Of a stretch of 64,000 nt of DNA, positions 10,239 to 20,532 are shown one piece after another (the first letter of the stretch is position 1; each line of letters opens with the position of its first letter). The position numbers and the translations under genes were made by a program. The DNA is from Nitrosopumilus sp. (GTDB lineage: Archaea; Thermoproteota; Nitrososphaeria; Nitrososphaerales; Nitrosopumilaceae): the NCBI GenBank assembly GCA_965207075.1, contig CBDBLO010000002.1, positions 352,001-416,000 of the forward strand. Reading direction: 5' to 3'. Below the pieces are notes generated by a model. The model was given only the letters and a program-made list of their open reading frames with translations, made no database searches and had not been told where the DNA came from.

Positions 10239-11057
10239 ATGGTCCTTGAGGTGCTCGCGTACGACTTTATGCAACGGGCGCTCTTGTCCGGCGCCACCAT
10301 CGCCGTGCTGTGCTCCGTAGTCGGGATATTTCTCGTGCTGAGGCGCTTCTCGCTGTTCGGTGACGCCCTGGCCCACTCCTCGTTTGGCGGCGTGGCGCTG
10401 GGACTTTTCATGGGCATCTATCCTCTGTGGATGGCGTACGTGATATCCATAATCAGCGCCGTACTGATCACGCGGATCCGGGAAAAGTACGACGTGTCCG
10501 GGGACGCGGCAATCGCGGTGCTGCTGTCGTCCGGGATCGCGGTGGGGCTGGTCATAATAGGGCTGTCCGGGGGGTTCTCAGTTGACATATTCAGCTTTCT
10601 GTTTGGAAGCATACTGCTTGTAAGCGTAGATGACACCATACTGATACTGGCAATGACCGGCACCATCCTGCTTGTCATACTGGCGCTCTTCAGGCAGATA
10701 CTGTACACTACGTTTGACGAAAAGCAGGCAAAGGTGAGCGGAATACGCGTGGAGCGGATAACCTACATGCTAGTGTTCATGGCGGGGCTGACCGTGGTCA
10801 CCGCGATACAGCTCGTCGGGGTGCTGCTCATCTCAGCGCTCTTTGTCATACCAAACGTCACTGCCATGATGCTGGGGCGCGGGTTTCAGAGCACGGTCAT
10901 CCTATCGATAGGGATCTCCGTATCGACCGTAATCGCGGGTATATTTCTGTCGTATGTACTGAATATCGCCCCTGCCGGAAGCATAGTTGTCTTGGCAATA
11001 TGCGTGCTTGGGGCCACGATGGCGGCAAAGTCCGCCGGACTGTTGGCCCGTCGTTAG
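10239..11057 (+). CDS. znuB: Metal ABC transporter permease
   Basis: LRRFSLFGDALAHSSFGG and FLFGSIL motifs; multiple TM segments. Confidence 0.92.
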   Translation: MVLEVLAYDFMQRALLSGATIAVLCSVVGIFLVLRRFSLFGDALAHSSFGGVALGLFMGIYPLWMAYVISIISAVLITRIREKYDVSGDAAIAVLLSSGIAVGLVIIGLSGGFSVDIFSFLFGSILLVSVDDTILILAMTGTILLVILALFRQILYTTFDEKQAKVSGIRVERITYMLVFMAGLTVVTAIQLVGVLLISALFVIPNVTAMMLGRGFQSTVILSIGISVSTVIAGIFLSYVLNIAPAGSIVVLAICVLGATMAAKSAGLLARR

Positions 11058-11460
11058 GCCCACCGTCATGCCGTTCGACCCCCCTTCTGCTTCCAGTCGC
11101 GTATGGCCCTTGGGCGGGTCGGCGGGCGGCCGTCACGCCCGCCGCTTCCAAGACGAGGCGATGCAGTCGGCGGATTGCCTTCCCCCCGTATGACGGGATA
11201 CTGCGTTTATCCTCTTTCCTTCCACCCACCTCTCCCACGGCGGCCCTGCTCCTCTAATCGGAGACGGGCATCCCGGTCCCAGCCCCCTGCCGTCCCGGAT
11301 CTGCCAAGGGGCCATGGAGGATCCACGACGCTGGTCAAGCTCGCATGTGTCCGGCCGTCGGGGCCGCCGGATGCGGCCATAGTTGTTATATTTCAATAAA
11401 ATTTTGATATTTATTATTATATTCTCAAGATTTATTAATAGCTACCTGCGAGCACCGCAC

Positions 11461-12816
11461 ATGGTATCCAAGGCGGTCTACGCGGGCATCGCAATTGCGG
11501 TGGTGATCCCGCTTGCAATCTTTGCCGTATACAGCACCACGATAGAGCCGGAACCGGCAGGTGTGGAGGACGCTGCCGTTGCAGAGGAGCCACGGATACT
11601 GGTGCTGTCGTCGTTTTATCCAATCTGGCAGTTTGTAAACGCCGTGGGCGGGGACAGGATCGAGTCGGAACTGGTCCTGCCGCCGGGCGCCGAGCCGCAT
11701 GACTGGGAGCCCACCGTCAGGGACGCCCAGCGCATGCAGAATGCAGACGCCATAGCGATTAATGGAATCGGATTTGAGACGTGGCTGGATAGTCTGGAGG
11801 ACATCAACTTTGAGGGCGTCTTGATTGACACCAGCAAGGGAGTAGAGGTGATGGAGGCAGCGGAAGGGACGCACGGCCACGATCATGGCCACGGCCACGA
11901 GGAAGAAAGTGACGACCACGGCGATGATGACCACGGCATGGAGGCCAAGGACGACCACGGCGATGATGACCACGGCATGGAGGCCAAGGACGACCACGGC
12001 GATGATGACCACGGCATGGAGGCCAAGGACGACCACGGCGATGATGACCACGGCATGGAGGCCAAGGACGACCACGGCGATGATGACCACGGCATGGAGG
12101 CCAAGGACGACCACGGCGATGATGACCACGGCATGGAGGCCAAGGACGACCACGGCGATGATGACCACGGCATGGAGGCCAAGGACGACCACGGCGATGA
12201 TGACCACGGCATGGAGGCCAAGGACGACCACGGCGATGATGACCACGGCATGGAGGCCAAGGACGACCACGGCGATGACCACGATGACGACGACCACGTA
12301 GACAAGTTTGTCGGAGATCCGCACATCTGGCTGAACCCGGTTCTCGCCCAGATACAGGTACAGAATATCGCCGATGGGCTCTCAGAGGCCGATCCCAAGA
12401 ACGCCGACTATTATCAGGAAAACGCCGACAGGTACATCGCAGAGCTGCAGCAGCTGGACTCTGACATCAGGACCGGGCTGGAGTCGTGCTCACGTGAGTT
12501 TGTGGCGTACCACTTTGCGTTTGCCTACTTTTCAGAAGAATATGACCTGGTCCAGCACGTCATACTAAGGTCGCTGACCCCGTACGGCGAGATCGCCCCG
12601 AGGACGCTCCATGACGTGATTGAGACTGCCAGGGCGCAGGGCCTGGACATCATATTCACCGACGAGGCGGCCGATCCCAAGACGGCGCAGGTCGTTGCAG
12701 ACGAGATAGGCGGGCGGGTCCTGACCTTGTCACCGCTTGAGATTGTACCGACCGACGAGACATACATGTCCAAGATGTACCAAAACCTTGAGAACCTCCA
12801 GGCGGCGCTGTGCTGA
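11461..12816 (+). CDS. znuA: Zn/Mn ABC transporter substrate-binding protein (copy 2)
   Basis: Close paralog of 8128..9417 (MVSKAVYAG start); PHDWEP, DPHIWL and YHFAF motifs. Confidence 0.92.
   Translation: MVSKAVYAGIAIAVVIPLAIFAVYSTTIEPEPAGVEDAAVAEEPRILVLSSFYPIWQFVNAVGGDRIESELVLPPGAEPHDWEPTVRDAQRMQNADAIAINGIGFETWLDSLEDINFEGVLIDTSKGVEVMEAAEGTHGHDHGHGHEEESDDHGDDDHGMEAKDDHGDDDHGMEAKDDHGDDDHGMEAKDDHGDDDHGMEAKDDHGDDDHGMEAKDDHGDDDHGMEAKDDHGDDDHGMEAKDDHGDDDHGMEAKDDHGDDDHGMEAKDDHGDDHDDDDHVDKFVGDPHIWLNPVLAQIQVQNIADGLSEADPKNADYYQENADRYIAELQQLDSDIRTGLESCSREFVAYHFAFAYFSEEYDLVQHVILRSLTPYGEIAPRTLHDVIETARAQGLDIIFTDEAADPKTAQVVADEIGGRVLTLSPLEIVPTDETYMSKMYQNLENLQAALC
11911..12261 (+). repeat. 39-bp tandem repeat x9 encoding DDHGDDDHGMEAK
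   Basis: Identical units read directly from the sequence. Confidence 0.95.
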
Positions 12817-12939
12817 GATCAAATAGGGACTGCGCGGAAAGGCGGCGCCCGTTATTCAAGCTTGGCTGTTGCCCGTGCCGGAGCCCCGTAGTGTCCGGCC
12901 GCTGCCATGGCGGCCGGCGCCCCCACGATGGCGGCAGAG

Positions 12940-15900
12940 TCAGCTAGGCCGCTCGCCGGACGGTATGTTCATCATCATGCCGTCAAGCCTCCTCCTGTCG
13001 CGCACGGCCCTCACATAGAACAGCGAGGCGGAAAGCGCGCCGAGAGCCATGAGTGGCGAGACGAGGTCCGCGTACCTGACTTCGTATGCTAGCGGATCGG
13101 CCTCCTGCAGGTCTGGTGCGCTGTACGTGCTGGGCCTCTCTGAGATGGATATAGCGCCTACCTTGCCGCCCCTCTGCTCTGCAAACCATATGTTTCCGTC
13201 GCCGTCGGACTCTAGAAACTGCACAAACGACGTCGCCGTCGGGACCTCCACCTCGGCCATGTTTCCACTGCGCGGGTCTATGACGCCTATGACGTCTACC
13301 GTGTGCTGCGCAAACCAGACGTTGCCGTACCTGTCAAAGGCCATTCCAAACGGCAGCGCGTCGGCGTCCCGTACCTCGTACCTTGCCAGGGTGTCCAGCG
13401 CGGGATCATACCTCACAACTGCAAAGCCCGTGTGCTCCGTGATCCAGAGGCCTCCACCCTCCGACTCGTCCTCAAAGAGGAGGGCCTCCGGCGCCTCGAG
13501 CGGCCGGTCGGGGCCGATTACCTGCGTCAGGCTGCCGTCACCGGGATCAATGTACCCGACGGTCCCGGTTCCCGTGGCAGTATACCACATCATGCCGTCG
13601 GGCCCCTCTGCCAGCGCAAACGGGAACGAGTCGCGGCCCGGAACGTGGTACTCCTCGAACTCCTCTGACTGCACGTCATACCTTGCTATCAGCCCCTTGT
13701 TTATCACGGTCAGCCACACGTCGCCGTTTCTGTCCGACTCTATGAAAAAGGGCATGGCCTTTTCGCCCGCCGGATCTGACTGGGGCTGCCTCGACTCGAA
13801 CTCCGGGGTCTTTATGGTGGTTATGACATAACTGTCGCTATCCTGCCTCGCATGCCCGATCTGGCCGCCCCTGCTGTCCGTAAACCATATGCCTCGATCC
13901 TTCTCGTTGTACGTGACAAACGACGACGAGACTCCCTCAAACTCGTGCGGGGTGGCCTGGCCCGTCTCCGTGTCGACCTGCCACAGGCGCGGCGCAGACG
14001 CGTCTGTGAACCAGACGCTCCCCGCGTGGTCGTACGCGGCGTGGAGCGGGCTCGTGTCGTTGGCGGGAAGATCGTACTCCGCAAGCGTGGTGTCCATGTC
14101 CGCCAGGTTCGGCCTTGCAAATATGTCGAGGCGCACCGCCTCGTTTGCGTTCTGCAGGCGCTGGGCCTCAATCTCTACGAGCCACTGGCCTGAGAATGCG
14201 AGGGTCAGGACTCCTTGGTATGTGACGGAGCCTGTTGCCGTCGCATCTCCCCTGTCCCGTGTCACGTCCTGCAGGTCAAGCTCGATGGGGGGAATGCCCC
14301 TGGCCGGGTTCGACGCCTTTGCCTTTATCCTATCCAAGTCGCCTAGGTCCGTCCCGTCTGCCCCTGATACCGTTATGGCAATGCCGTTCTCCCCCGTGGC
14401 AAACGGTGTTATCTCGATGTCGAACCTTATGTTCTCGGAGAACTCGGTCGCGGCGAGCCCGACAAACTGCTGCTGCGCCTCGACGCTCCGTATCTCGCCC
14501 GCGGGTAGGGTCCCGTTGGTGAGGATGGCCACTACCACCAGCAGGGCTATCCCGAGCGCCGCATCAACCTTGAGCGTCTTGCTGAGCCTGCCGTGGACAT
14601 GGGGCTTTTTTGATGAGGCGATGTCGGACTCTGCCCTCTTTTGTATGGTGTACTGGACAAGCCCGCCCATGCCCACCATGACTGACGCGATTGCAACCTT
14701 TAGTATAATCAGCTTACCGAATACCGACTCTGTAATCATGCCCACGTCGCTTTCCAGGGTCCACAGCAGGGTGGGGCCGGTCACTATGACGATCCCCACC
14801 GACACTATGAATATTGCAGAGAACCTCGGGATTGCGGCCAGGCTGAGCCGCTCCTTGACGTCGGGAAACCTTGAGAGTACCGGCAGGAGCCCGAACACGA
14901 CGTATATTATCCCGCCTATCCAGACTCCGGCCACTATATTGTGGATATAGTCAAGAAGTATTGCCTCGACAGTCTCCGTCGCCGCGCCATGCCCCGACAT
15001 GCTTGACGTCAGCATGAGGGCCAGCGCGACGGCCAGCATGGCCGCATGCATCGTCTTTGGCCTTGACCTGCCGGCCTTGTTGGCGGCAAACCACGCGCCA
15101 AACAGAACCATGGTGATCGCCATTCTTGCAAGCCATATCATGCCAAACTGTGTCTGGATGGTCTCCACAAGCCCGGACTCCAGTCTTGCCATCTGCAGTG
15201 CAATCACCATCATGTCCGACGCCAGTACGAGCAGCAGTCCCGCCCCCGTAAGCTGCATGAATCTTTTGTGGTGCTCCTGCTCCATTACCAATGATGACGA
15301 CGATGACTCGGTGCGGCCGTGCCGCATGCCCCTGTGGGACTCCCAGACTGCAATTGAGGCCACTGCCGCCCCGACTATGATGGTCTGGCCCACTATGCCC
15401 GGGAGCTCGGCGCCGGCCTCGGGCAGGAACAGCAGTTCTGTCTGCTTCTCCTGGGACAGCAGCTCGGGATCTATTGTTGCCTCCCCTACGCCGAACAGAA
15501 AGACGCCGGGGACCAGGTGGCCGTCCACCTTTGATAGCACCTTTGTAGAGACCGTGTAGACGCCGTCCTCAAGGGGGGGCGTTGAGACGGCCAGCGCCAC
15601 GTCCTCGTGGTGATACCTGAGGTCTCTGTTGTCGACGCGCTCTCCCTTGTCGTTTATGACCTTGATCTCGCTGAACTCTATGTCCACTGATTCTGAAAAG
15701 TATACCAGCACCTCGCTTGTCCCCGCGGGCGCGTTCTGGGCCGTGCTTGGAGTGGTCTCCTCTATGTACGGATGAGCCGATGCAAGTGGGATTGCCGGCG
15801 ACGCCAGCATGAGAGGGACTGCCAGAACTGTCAGCAGAACCATGGCTCGTGAGGCTTTGGCGATGTTGGTGGCCGATGACAATGATAACGGGTGCAATGC

Positions 15901-16035
15901 TGAGTTTGTCGCTGTCCTACTCCCTTTTGTGGCTTGCCCGGGGAACGGCACGGTTCGCATTTGCCTGTATTCGTGCGGTGCCACAAATAAACGCACTTTG
16001 CTCCGGCCACACTCGGGAGTAGCGCCTGCCTGCAT
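12940..16035 (-). CDS. CopC-CopD copper uptake/resistance protein fused to an Ig-like domain and a Vgb/NHL-type beta-propeller
   Basis: ASA|HPY..VLSKVDGH (CopC); SGHGAA, DYIH..GVWIGG (CopD); repeated DxxGNVWF propeller blades; C-terminal TM. True start may be 15960 or 15843. Confidence 0.88.
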   Translation of the reverse strand: MQAGATPECGRSKVRLFVAPHEYRQMRTVPFPGQATKGSRTATNSALHPLSLSSATNIAKASRAMVLLTVLAVPLMLASPAIPLASAHPYIEETTPSTAQNAPAGTSEVLVYFSESVDIEFSEIKVINDKGERVDNRDLRYHHEDVALAVSTPPLEDGVYTVSTKVLSKVDGHLVPGVFLFGVGEATIDPELLSQEKQTELLFLPEAGAELPGIVGQTIIVGAAVASIAVWESHRGMRHGRTESSSSSLVMEQEHHKRFMQLTGAGLLLVLASDMMVIALQMARLESGLVETIQTQFGMIWLARMAITMVLFGAWFAANKAGRSRPKTMHAAMLAVALALMLTSSMSGHGAATETVEAILLDYIHNIVAGVWIGGIIYVVFGLLPVLSRFPDVKERLSLAAIPRFSAIFIVSVGIVIVTGPTLLWTLESDVGMITESVFGKLIILKVAIASVMVGMGGLVQYTIQKRAESDIASSKKPHVHGRLSKTLKVDAALGIALLVVVAILTNGTLPAGEIRSVEAQQQFVGLAATEFSENIRFDIEITPFATGENGIAITVSGADGTDLGDLDRIKAKASNPARGIPPIELDLQDVTRDRGDATATGSVTYQGVLTLAFSGQWLVEIEAQRLQNANEAVRLDIFARPNLADMDTTLAEYDLPANDTSPLHAAYDHAGSVWFTDASAPRLWQVDTETGQATPHEFEGVSSSFVTYNEKDRGIWFTDSRGGQIGHARQDSDSYVITTIKTPEFESRQPQSDPAGEKAMPFFIESDRNGDVWLTVINKGLIARYDVQSEEFEEYHVPGRDSFPFALAEGPDGMMWYTATGTGTVGYIDPGDGSLTQVIGPDRPLEAPEALLFEDESEGGGLWITEHTGFAVVRYDPALDTLARYEVRDADALPFGMAFDRYGNVWFAQHTVDVIGVIDPRSGNMAEVEVPTATSFVQFLESDGDGNIWFAEQRGGKVGAISISERPSTYSAPDLQEADPLAYEVRYADLVSPLMALGALSASLFYVRAVRDRRRLDGMMMNIPSGERPS

Positions 16036-16175
16036 CGTAATTTATGCAAGCTGTCGTTTTTAGGCCTCGGGTGACTGCTGTTTCGTGATGCTTTCTGGAA
16101 TTGACTGAATTTCTGAAAATCGTGCCGGCGGCGAACATCCGCGTAAATATAATAACCCATCGTGACTGAAACGAT

Positions 16176-16922
16176 GTGATGGTCGCAGGTACGCCAACAA
16201 CGAGGCTGGTGGTGCCAAAGACGGCCGGACCAAGGATGCTGGCACTGTCCGCATGCGCACTGGCCGTGTTCTTTGTTTTGTCGGCCGGGCTTGCCGCGCC
16301 TTCTTTTGCCCACACCACCATCTCAGTCGACAAGTATGATATTGAGGCCGGATGGGACGTGGAGCCGCCCATAGTGGGACTGAGAAACTCGGTCATACTG
16401 TCGGTAGTCGAGCGCGGTGAAGTAGAGGGCCAGTCCATCGGCGTCACGCATGTCTTTCGGGGCGTGGAGGCGACGATAATGTTCGGCGGCGAGTCAAAGG
16501 TGGCCGCCTTCAACCCCGACAACCTGCCGGGACACTACCTGTCCCCGATAATTCCGACCAGAACCGGGACGTACCTGCTTCAGGTGCAGGGCGATATTCG
16601 CGGCACGCCTGTGGATATCGTGATCCCAATTGAGGACGTGGAGCACACGGCGGCGCTGGACTTTCCGCCTGTCACGGGCGGAGGCAATGGCGGCGGCGGA
16701 GCGGACGCGGCCGATACTGTCGCAATGAAAAAGGCGATATCCTCCCTGCAGCAGGACGTCTCGAGACTGAAATCTGGTGAGGACATGGTACCGTCTGGCA
16801 ACAGTAACAGCAATAGTGATGCGGGCGGCCTGTCTTACAACTTTGCCGTCATGGGACTCTCCATGTCTGCAGTCGCCATTGTCATGGGCGTGATATCCCT
16901 GACTCGAAGGCCTGCTGCCTGA
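16176..16922 (+). CDS. Secreted membrane-anchored protein with predicted mature N-terminal His
   Basis: Signal peptide PSFA|HTTI, GWDVEPP, PTRTGTY, short coiled coil, C-terminal TM + RR. Confidence 0.8.
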   Translation: MMVAGTPTTRLVVPKTAGPRMLALSACALAVFFVLSAGLAAPSFAHTTISVDKYDIEAGWDVEPPIVGLRNSVILSVVERGEVEGQSIGVTHVFRGVEATIMFGGESKVAAFNPDNLPGHYLSPIIPTRTGTYLLQVQGDIRGTPVDIVIPIEDVEHTAALDFPPVTGGGNGGGGADAADTVAMKKAISSLQQDVSRLKSGEDMVPSGNSNSNSDAGGLSYNFAVMGLSMSAVAIVMGVISLTRRPAA

Positions 16923-17085
16923 TGCGTGGCATTGCTTGAGGATCGTCTTCGATCTCAAGTTCACGCTTCGTCCTTTTTGCCGTGCGGTGTCTTGTGCATG
17001 TAGCTTGGCTCGAATGAAGGGCGCTCTGTTTTAATTATGAAAGTTAAAAATATGTAGACAATGTAATTTACTGTTGCCAGTTACA

Positions 17086-18210
17086 TTATCTGTTTTGGGG
17101 ATTTTCCGTGTGAAGTCTTGCCCGTACCAGTTTGGTGCATTTCAGGATTGCAAATGCTGGAATTCCAACATACATTCCCAGGTTCAGCAGGACAACGGAT
17201 ATGCCGTATCCGAGCATCTCCGTCTCAGTGTCGATGTCTGCATGGTTTAGCAGCGAGAGTGTGGAGAGCATTGGGGTCAGTGCCACCTTGACTGCCTCCC
17301 TGAACGCCGGGTTCTCTCTTTCGAGATCTGCCACCGCCGGGGAGAACGTGTAGTATATGCTGTTGAATCCGGACATAAATGCCGTGCCGGACTCTGTGGC
17401 AAGTACCGTGTTGTCTCTCAGTTCTCTAAGTTGCTGAACTTGTGGCGCAAGCTCGGAGCCAAATGCCGCAGTTGCAATAAGGCAACCACCAGTCTCCTCG
17501 TCTGCCTCTGTCGTCTCGTCCATCATGGCCTCGTCGTCCATCATGGCCTCGTCGTCCATCATGGCCTCGTCGTCCATCATGGCCTCGTCGTCCATCATGG
17601 CCTCGTCGTCCATCATGGCCTCGTCGTCCATCATGGCCTCGTCGTCCATCATGGCCTCGTCGTCCATCATGGCCTCGTCGTCCATCATGGCCTCGTCGTC
17701 CATCATGGCCTCGTCGTCCATCATGGCCTCGTCGTCCATCATGGCCTCGTCGTCCATCATGGCCTCGTCGTCCATCATAGCCTCGTCGTCCATCATAGCT
17801 GCTTCCTCACCGTGTGCTGCATCAACTATGATCTGGCCGATCATCCATGGGTGAACAAGGCAGTAGTGGTTGTATTCTCCTTCTTCATCTATCGTGAACT
17901 CGTACGTGGCCCCGACCATTACCAAACCGCTGTCAAACACGCCGGTCGGTCCGTCTGCTGGAGAGCCGGATGTCAGCGTGTGCGCTGCATTGTCTGTGTT
18001 TGAGAACGTTATGGTAGTTCCCGGAGCTACTGTCAGTATGGGTATGTTGTAACAGCCCTCGTCGGTATCCTGACATCCTGCAGTGGCCGACCCCGGAAGG
18101 GGCTCAAGCACTACATTCGGATGATCTGCAGATGCTGAGGGGGTAGTTGCAATCATTCCCGCTACGAGTACAGACAGTAAAAAGAATGAACTGACTGTTC
18201 TAGTCTTCAT
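17086..18210 (-). CDS. Blue (type 1) copper protein with Met-rich stalk and CFI-box-CTERM
   Basis: Signal peptide; AAHT and YCLVHPWM type-1 Cu ligands; GGCLIATAAFGSELAPQVQQLRELRD. Confidence 0.92.
   Translation of the reverse strand: MKTRTVSSFFLLSVLVAGMIATTPSASADHPNVVLEPLPGSATAGCQDTDEGCYNIPILTVAPGTTITFSNTDNAAHTLTSGSPADGPTGVFDSGLVMVGATYEFTIDEEGEYNHYCLVHPWMIGQIIVDAAHGEEAAMMDDEAMMDDEAMMDDEAMMDDEAMMDDEAMMDDEAMMDDEAMMDDEAMMDDEAMMDDEAMMDDEAMMDDEAMMDDEAMMDDEAMMDDEAMMDETTEADEETGGCLIATAAFGSELAPQVQQLRELRDNTVLATESGTAFMSGFNSIYYTFSPAVADLERENPAFREAVKVALTPMLSTLSLLNHADIDTETEMLGYGISVVLLNLGMYVGIPAFAILKCTKLVRARLHTENPQNR
17515..17800 (-). repeat. 18-bp tandem repeat x~16 encoding (E)AMMDD
   Basis: CATCATGGCCTCGTCGTC units on the + strand. 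Confidence 0.95.
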
Positions 18211-18275
18211 TGTATGATTTGACTCGCTGGGTTTTAAAAATTTTTATCTGATTGTTCACATATGTGGCCAGCTGC

Positions 18276-20270
18276 TCATGGTTCGTCACGCTGCCGTCTT
18301 TCTGCCGTGTATGTGCTCGCATATGGCAGTCTCCTGCCGCCTGTTCGCCTCTTTAGCCCCGCGTACGCCATGGCAACGGCTGCAGCGGGGCATGCCACGT
18401 AGATTGCCACGTTCAGCGCGATGATGAGGATGCCGTATGCCAGCATGTCGTGCTCAGTCCCTATGCTGACGCCGTCAAGCAGCGTGAGTGATGCCAGCAT
18501 GGGCGTCAGTGTGATCTTGGTTGCGTCGCGCAGCATTTGGTGCTCCCTCTGGAGGTCGGCCACTGTTGGGGAGAACGTGTAGTATATGGAGTTGAATCCT
18601 GACATGAATGCCGTGCCGTACGAGGTTCTCAGTATGGTATGATCCCTCAGCTCTCTGAGCTGCTGCACCTGTGGAGCAAGCTCAGAGCCGTATGCGGCGG
18701 TCGCAATGAGGCAGCCGCCGCCATTACCGCCACCACCACCACTATCGGCTGCCCCTCCCGCCCCGTTCGCACCTGCCGCTATGCCTATCGTGCCATCGTC
18801 TATGATGGCGCTGCCTGACACTCTGTCTATTACGATAGGCATGGATGTTCTGGCGCGCTCGTTGCCCTGCAGTCTCTCAAAGTTGAGGTATGCTATCCCA
18901 GAGACGTCCTGGGGTATCTCAAACTCGGCCACGTTTGTGGGGTCGTCCCTCGAGTCCGTGCTGACGCCTGACTGCTCAAAGATGGTACTGCCGTCATTCG
19001 TTGTCACAGAGAAATGGTACTCTGCTGCAATGGGCGCGCCCTTCAAAAAGACGTCTGTTACCTCGAAGATTATCCTGGCGTTCTGGCCGGATCTCAGATC
19101 CTCTGGTTCCCACGAGGCGAATATCCGGAACTGGCCGTTCTCCGTCACTGACGCTATGCGCGTATGGTCGGTGTCGGGCCTGATTACAAAGTTCATGATG
19201 CCGTCCTCCCGGCCGCCGCTGTCCCGTATGCTGTAGAGCTGCTCCTGAGGTACGATAAAGTGTACTATCCTCTCACCAGTGAAAAAGTCGTCAATCAGGA
19301 CCGTCTCCTCTGGCAGCCTTACGCCGTTTATGTAGAGCTCGAATCCCGACAGCAGGAGATCCCCGTACGTGTCCGGAATCGAGAGCTCCTCGTGCACCAC
19401 GTATGACTGGTCTATGTTGGAGTCGCTCCACTCAAACGGCATGGAGTACCTGATCTCCCTCGCCTCGGAGTCGTACTCAAAGTCGGTTATCTTGTCGTAG
19501 TATGTAATGGCCCTAATATACTGGTCCCCAAAGTTGGGATCCTTTACGCCGTACGTGGTTATCATCGGGATGGATATCCCAGAGTCGTACTCTATCGGTG
19601 TGTCCATGCGCTCTGAATAGTCGCCTGCCGTAGTTATGGCAATGCCAAATTTGTAGAGCCCGCCGTCTGCAAGGCTTGGCCCCGCCACGCGTATGCTCCT
19701 GCTCTCGACTCCGAGCAAGTACGAGACAATGTCATACTGATCGTCTCCCTCCCCCCCGTCGAGGACTGTTATCTCGTCGCCCGCGCTGTCGTCTGATGCA
19801 AAATTGAAGACGAGAAACCCGTTGTCGGCCCTGAATTCCTGCTCAAAGAGGAATTTGTCCCCAAGCTCGGCCCTGATGTGGAACGTCACGTCGCGGAGCG
19901 TGACTTTCGAGTCAAAGTCGACGAGGGCTATCCCTATCTGCAGGTCTTCGCCCGGCGCGATTCCGGCCGGCGGCCGCCCCGTCGTCTCCGGAGGCGGGGG
20001 GGCAGATGACGATATCTCTAGGGCAACCTGCTGCCCGTTCAATTCTACCGGGGGAAACGTCTCACTCGATGTGCCGTGGCCTGCGGCAGGCTGTACGCCG
20101 GCTGCGGCCATCGTCGCAGCGCATACTGCCATCAGGACAAGAACTGCGGCAAGGTATCCGCGTGACGGCTGTGGTTGTTGCTGTCGGGCCGGACGTCGCC
20201 ATCGTAACCATCCATTTGTCGCGGGCATCGATCCTACCGTTGTCGCAGTCATGGCCGTCATGCTTGCCAT
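18276..20270 (-). CDS. Secreted CFI-box-CTERM protein (paralog 2)
   Basis: PAAG|HGTS, TYYD..MPFEW..VVHEE..IVHF, GGCLIATAAYG. Confidence 0.88.
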   Translation of the reverse strand: MASMTAMTATTVGSMPATNGWLRWRRPARQQQPQPSRGYLAAVLVLMAVCAATMAAAGVQPAAGHGTSSETFPPVELNGQQVALEISSSAPPPPETTGRPPAGIAPGEDLQIGIALVDFDSKVTLRDVTFHIRAELGDKFLFEQEFRADNGFLVFNFASDDSAGDEITVLDGGEGDDQYDIVSYLLGVESRSIRVAGPSLADGGLYKFGIAITTAGDYSERMDTPIEYDSGISIPMITTYGVKDPNFGDQYIRAITYYDKITDFEYDSEAREIRYSMPFEWSDSNIDQSYVVHEELSIPDTYGDLLLSGFELYINGVRLPEETVLIDDFFTGERIVHFIVPQEQLYSIRDSGGREDGIMNFVIRPDTDHTRIASVTENGQFRIFASWEPEDLRSGQNARIIFEVTDVFLKGAPIAAEYHFSVTTNDGSTIFEQSGVSTDSRDDPTNVAEFEIPQDVSGIAYLNFERLQGNERARTSMPIVIDRVSGSAIIDDGTIGIAAGANGAGGAADSGGGGGNGGGCLIATAAYGSELAPQVQQLRELRDHTILRTSYGTAFMSGFNSIYYTFSPTVADLQREHQMLRDATKITLTPMLASLTLLDGVSIGTEHDMLAYGILIIALNVAIYVACPAAAVAMAYAGLKRRTGGRRLPYASTYTAERRQRDEP

Positions 20271-20273
20271 CAG

Positions 20274-20480
20274 TCATGTCCACTTGTCAGGACTCTTTCT
20301 TCTGATATGCTTTCCGTCAATCGATATGAGATCGTCGTGCTCAAAGACCGTGTGCCACTTGCCGTTGTCGGGGAATATCCTGTCCATCTCCCGTACCCTG
20401 TCCTTGGTCGGCGGCCTGTTTGTCAGGGCTCCCCACTTCATGTTGTCGATCTTTGGCATTATCTCGTTTATGTCCCTCAT
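20274..20480 (-). CDS. Small hypothetical protein (68 aa)
   Basis: MRDINEIMPKIDNMKWGAL..; tightly packed between two paralogs on the same strand, with protein-like composition. Confidence 0.7.
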   Translation of the reverse strand: MRDINEIMPKIDNMKWGALTNRPPTKDRVREMDRIFPDNGKWHTVFEHDDLISIDGKHIRRKSPDKWT

Positions 20481-20532
20481 TGCCGTCACTCTCGTCTTCC
20501 GTGTTAAAGCTTATCGCATACAGCCACTGCCG

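Noticed and set aside
8275-17854. Long alternative-frame or antisense ORFs over the repeats (e.g. 8275..8958, 11425..12324, 17431..18003)
   Set aside because: Shadow ORFs caused by stop-free repeat units and high GC.
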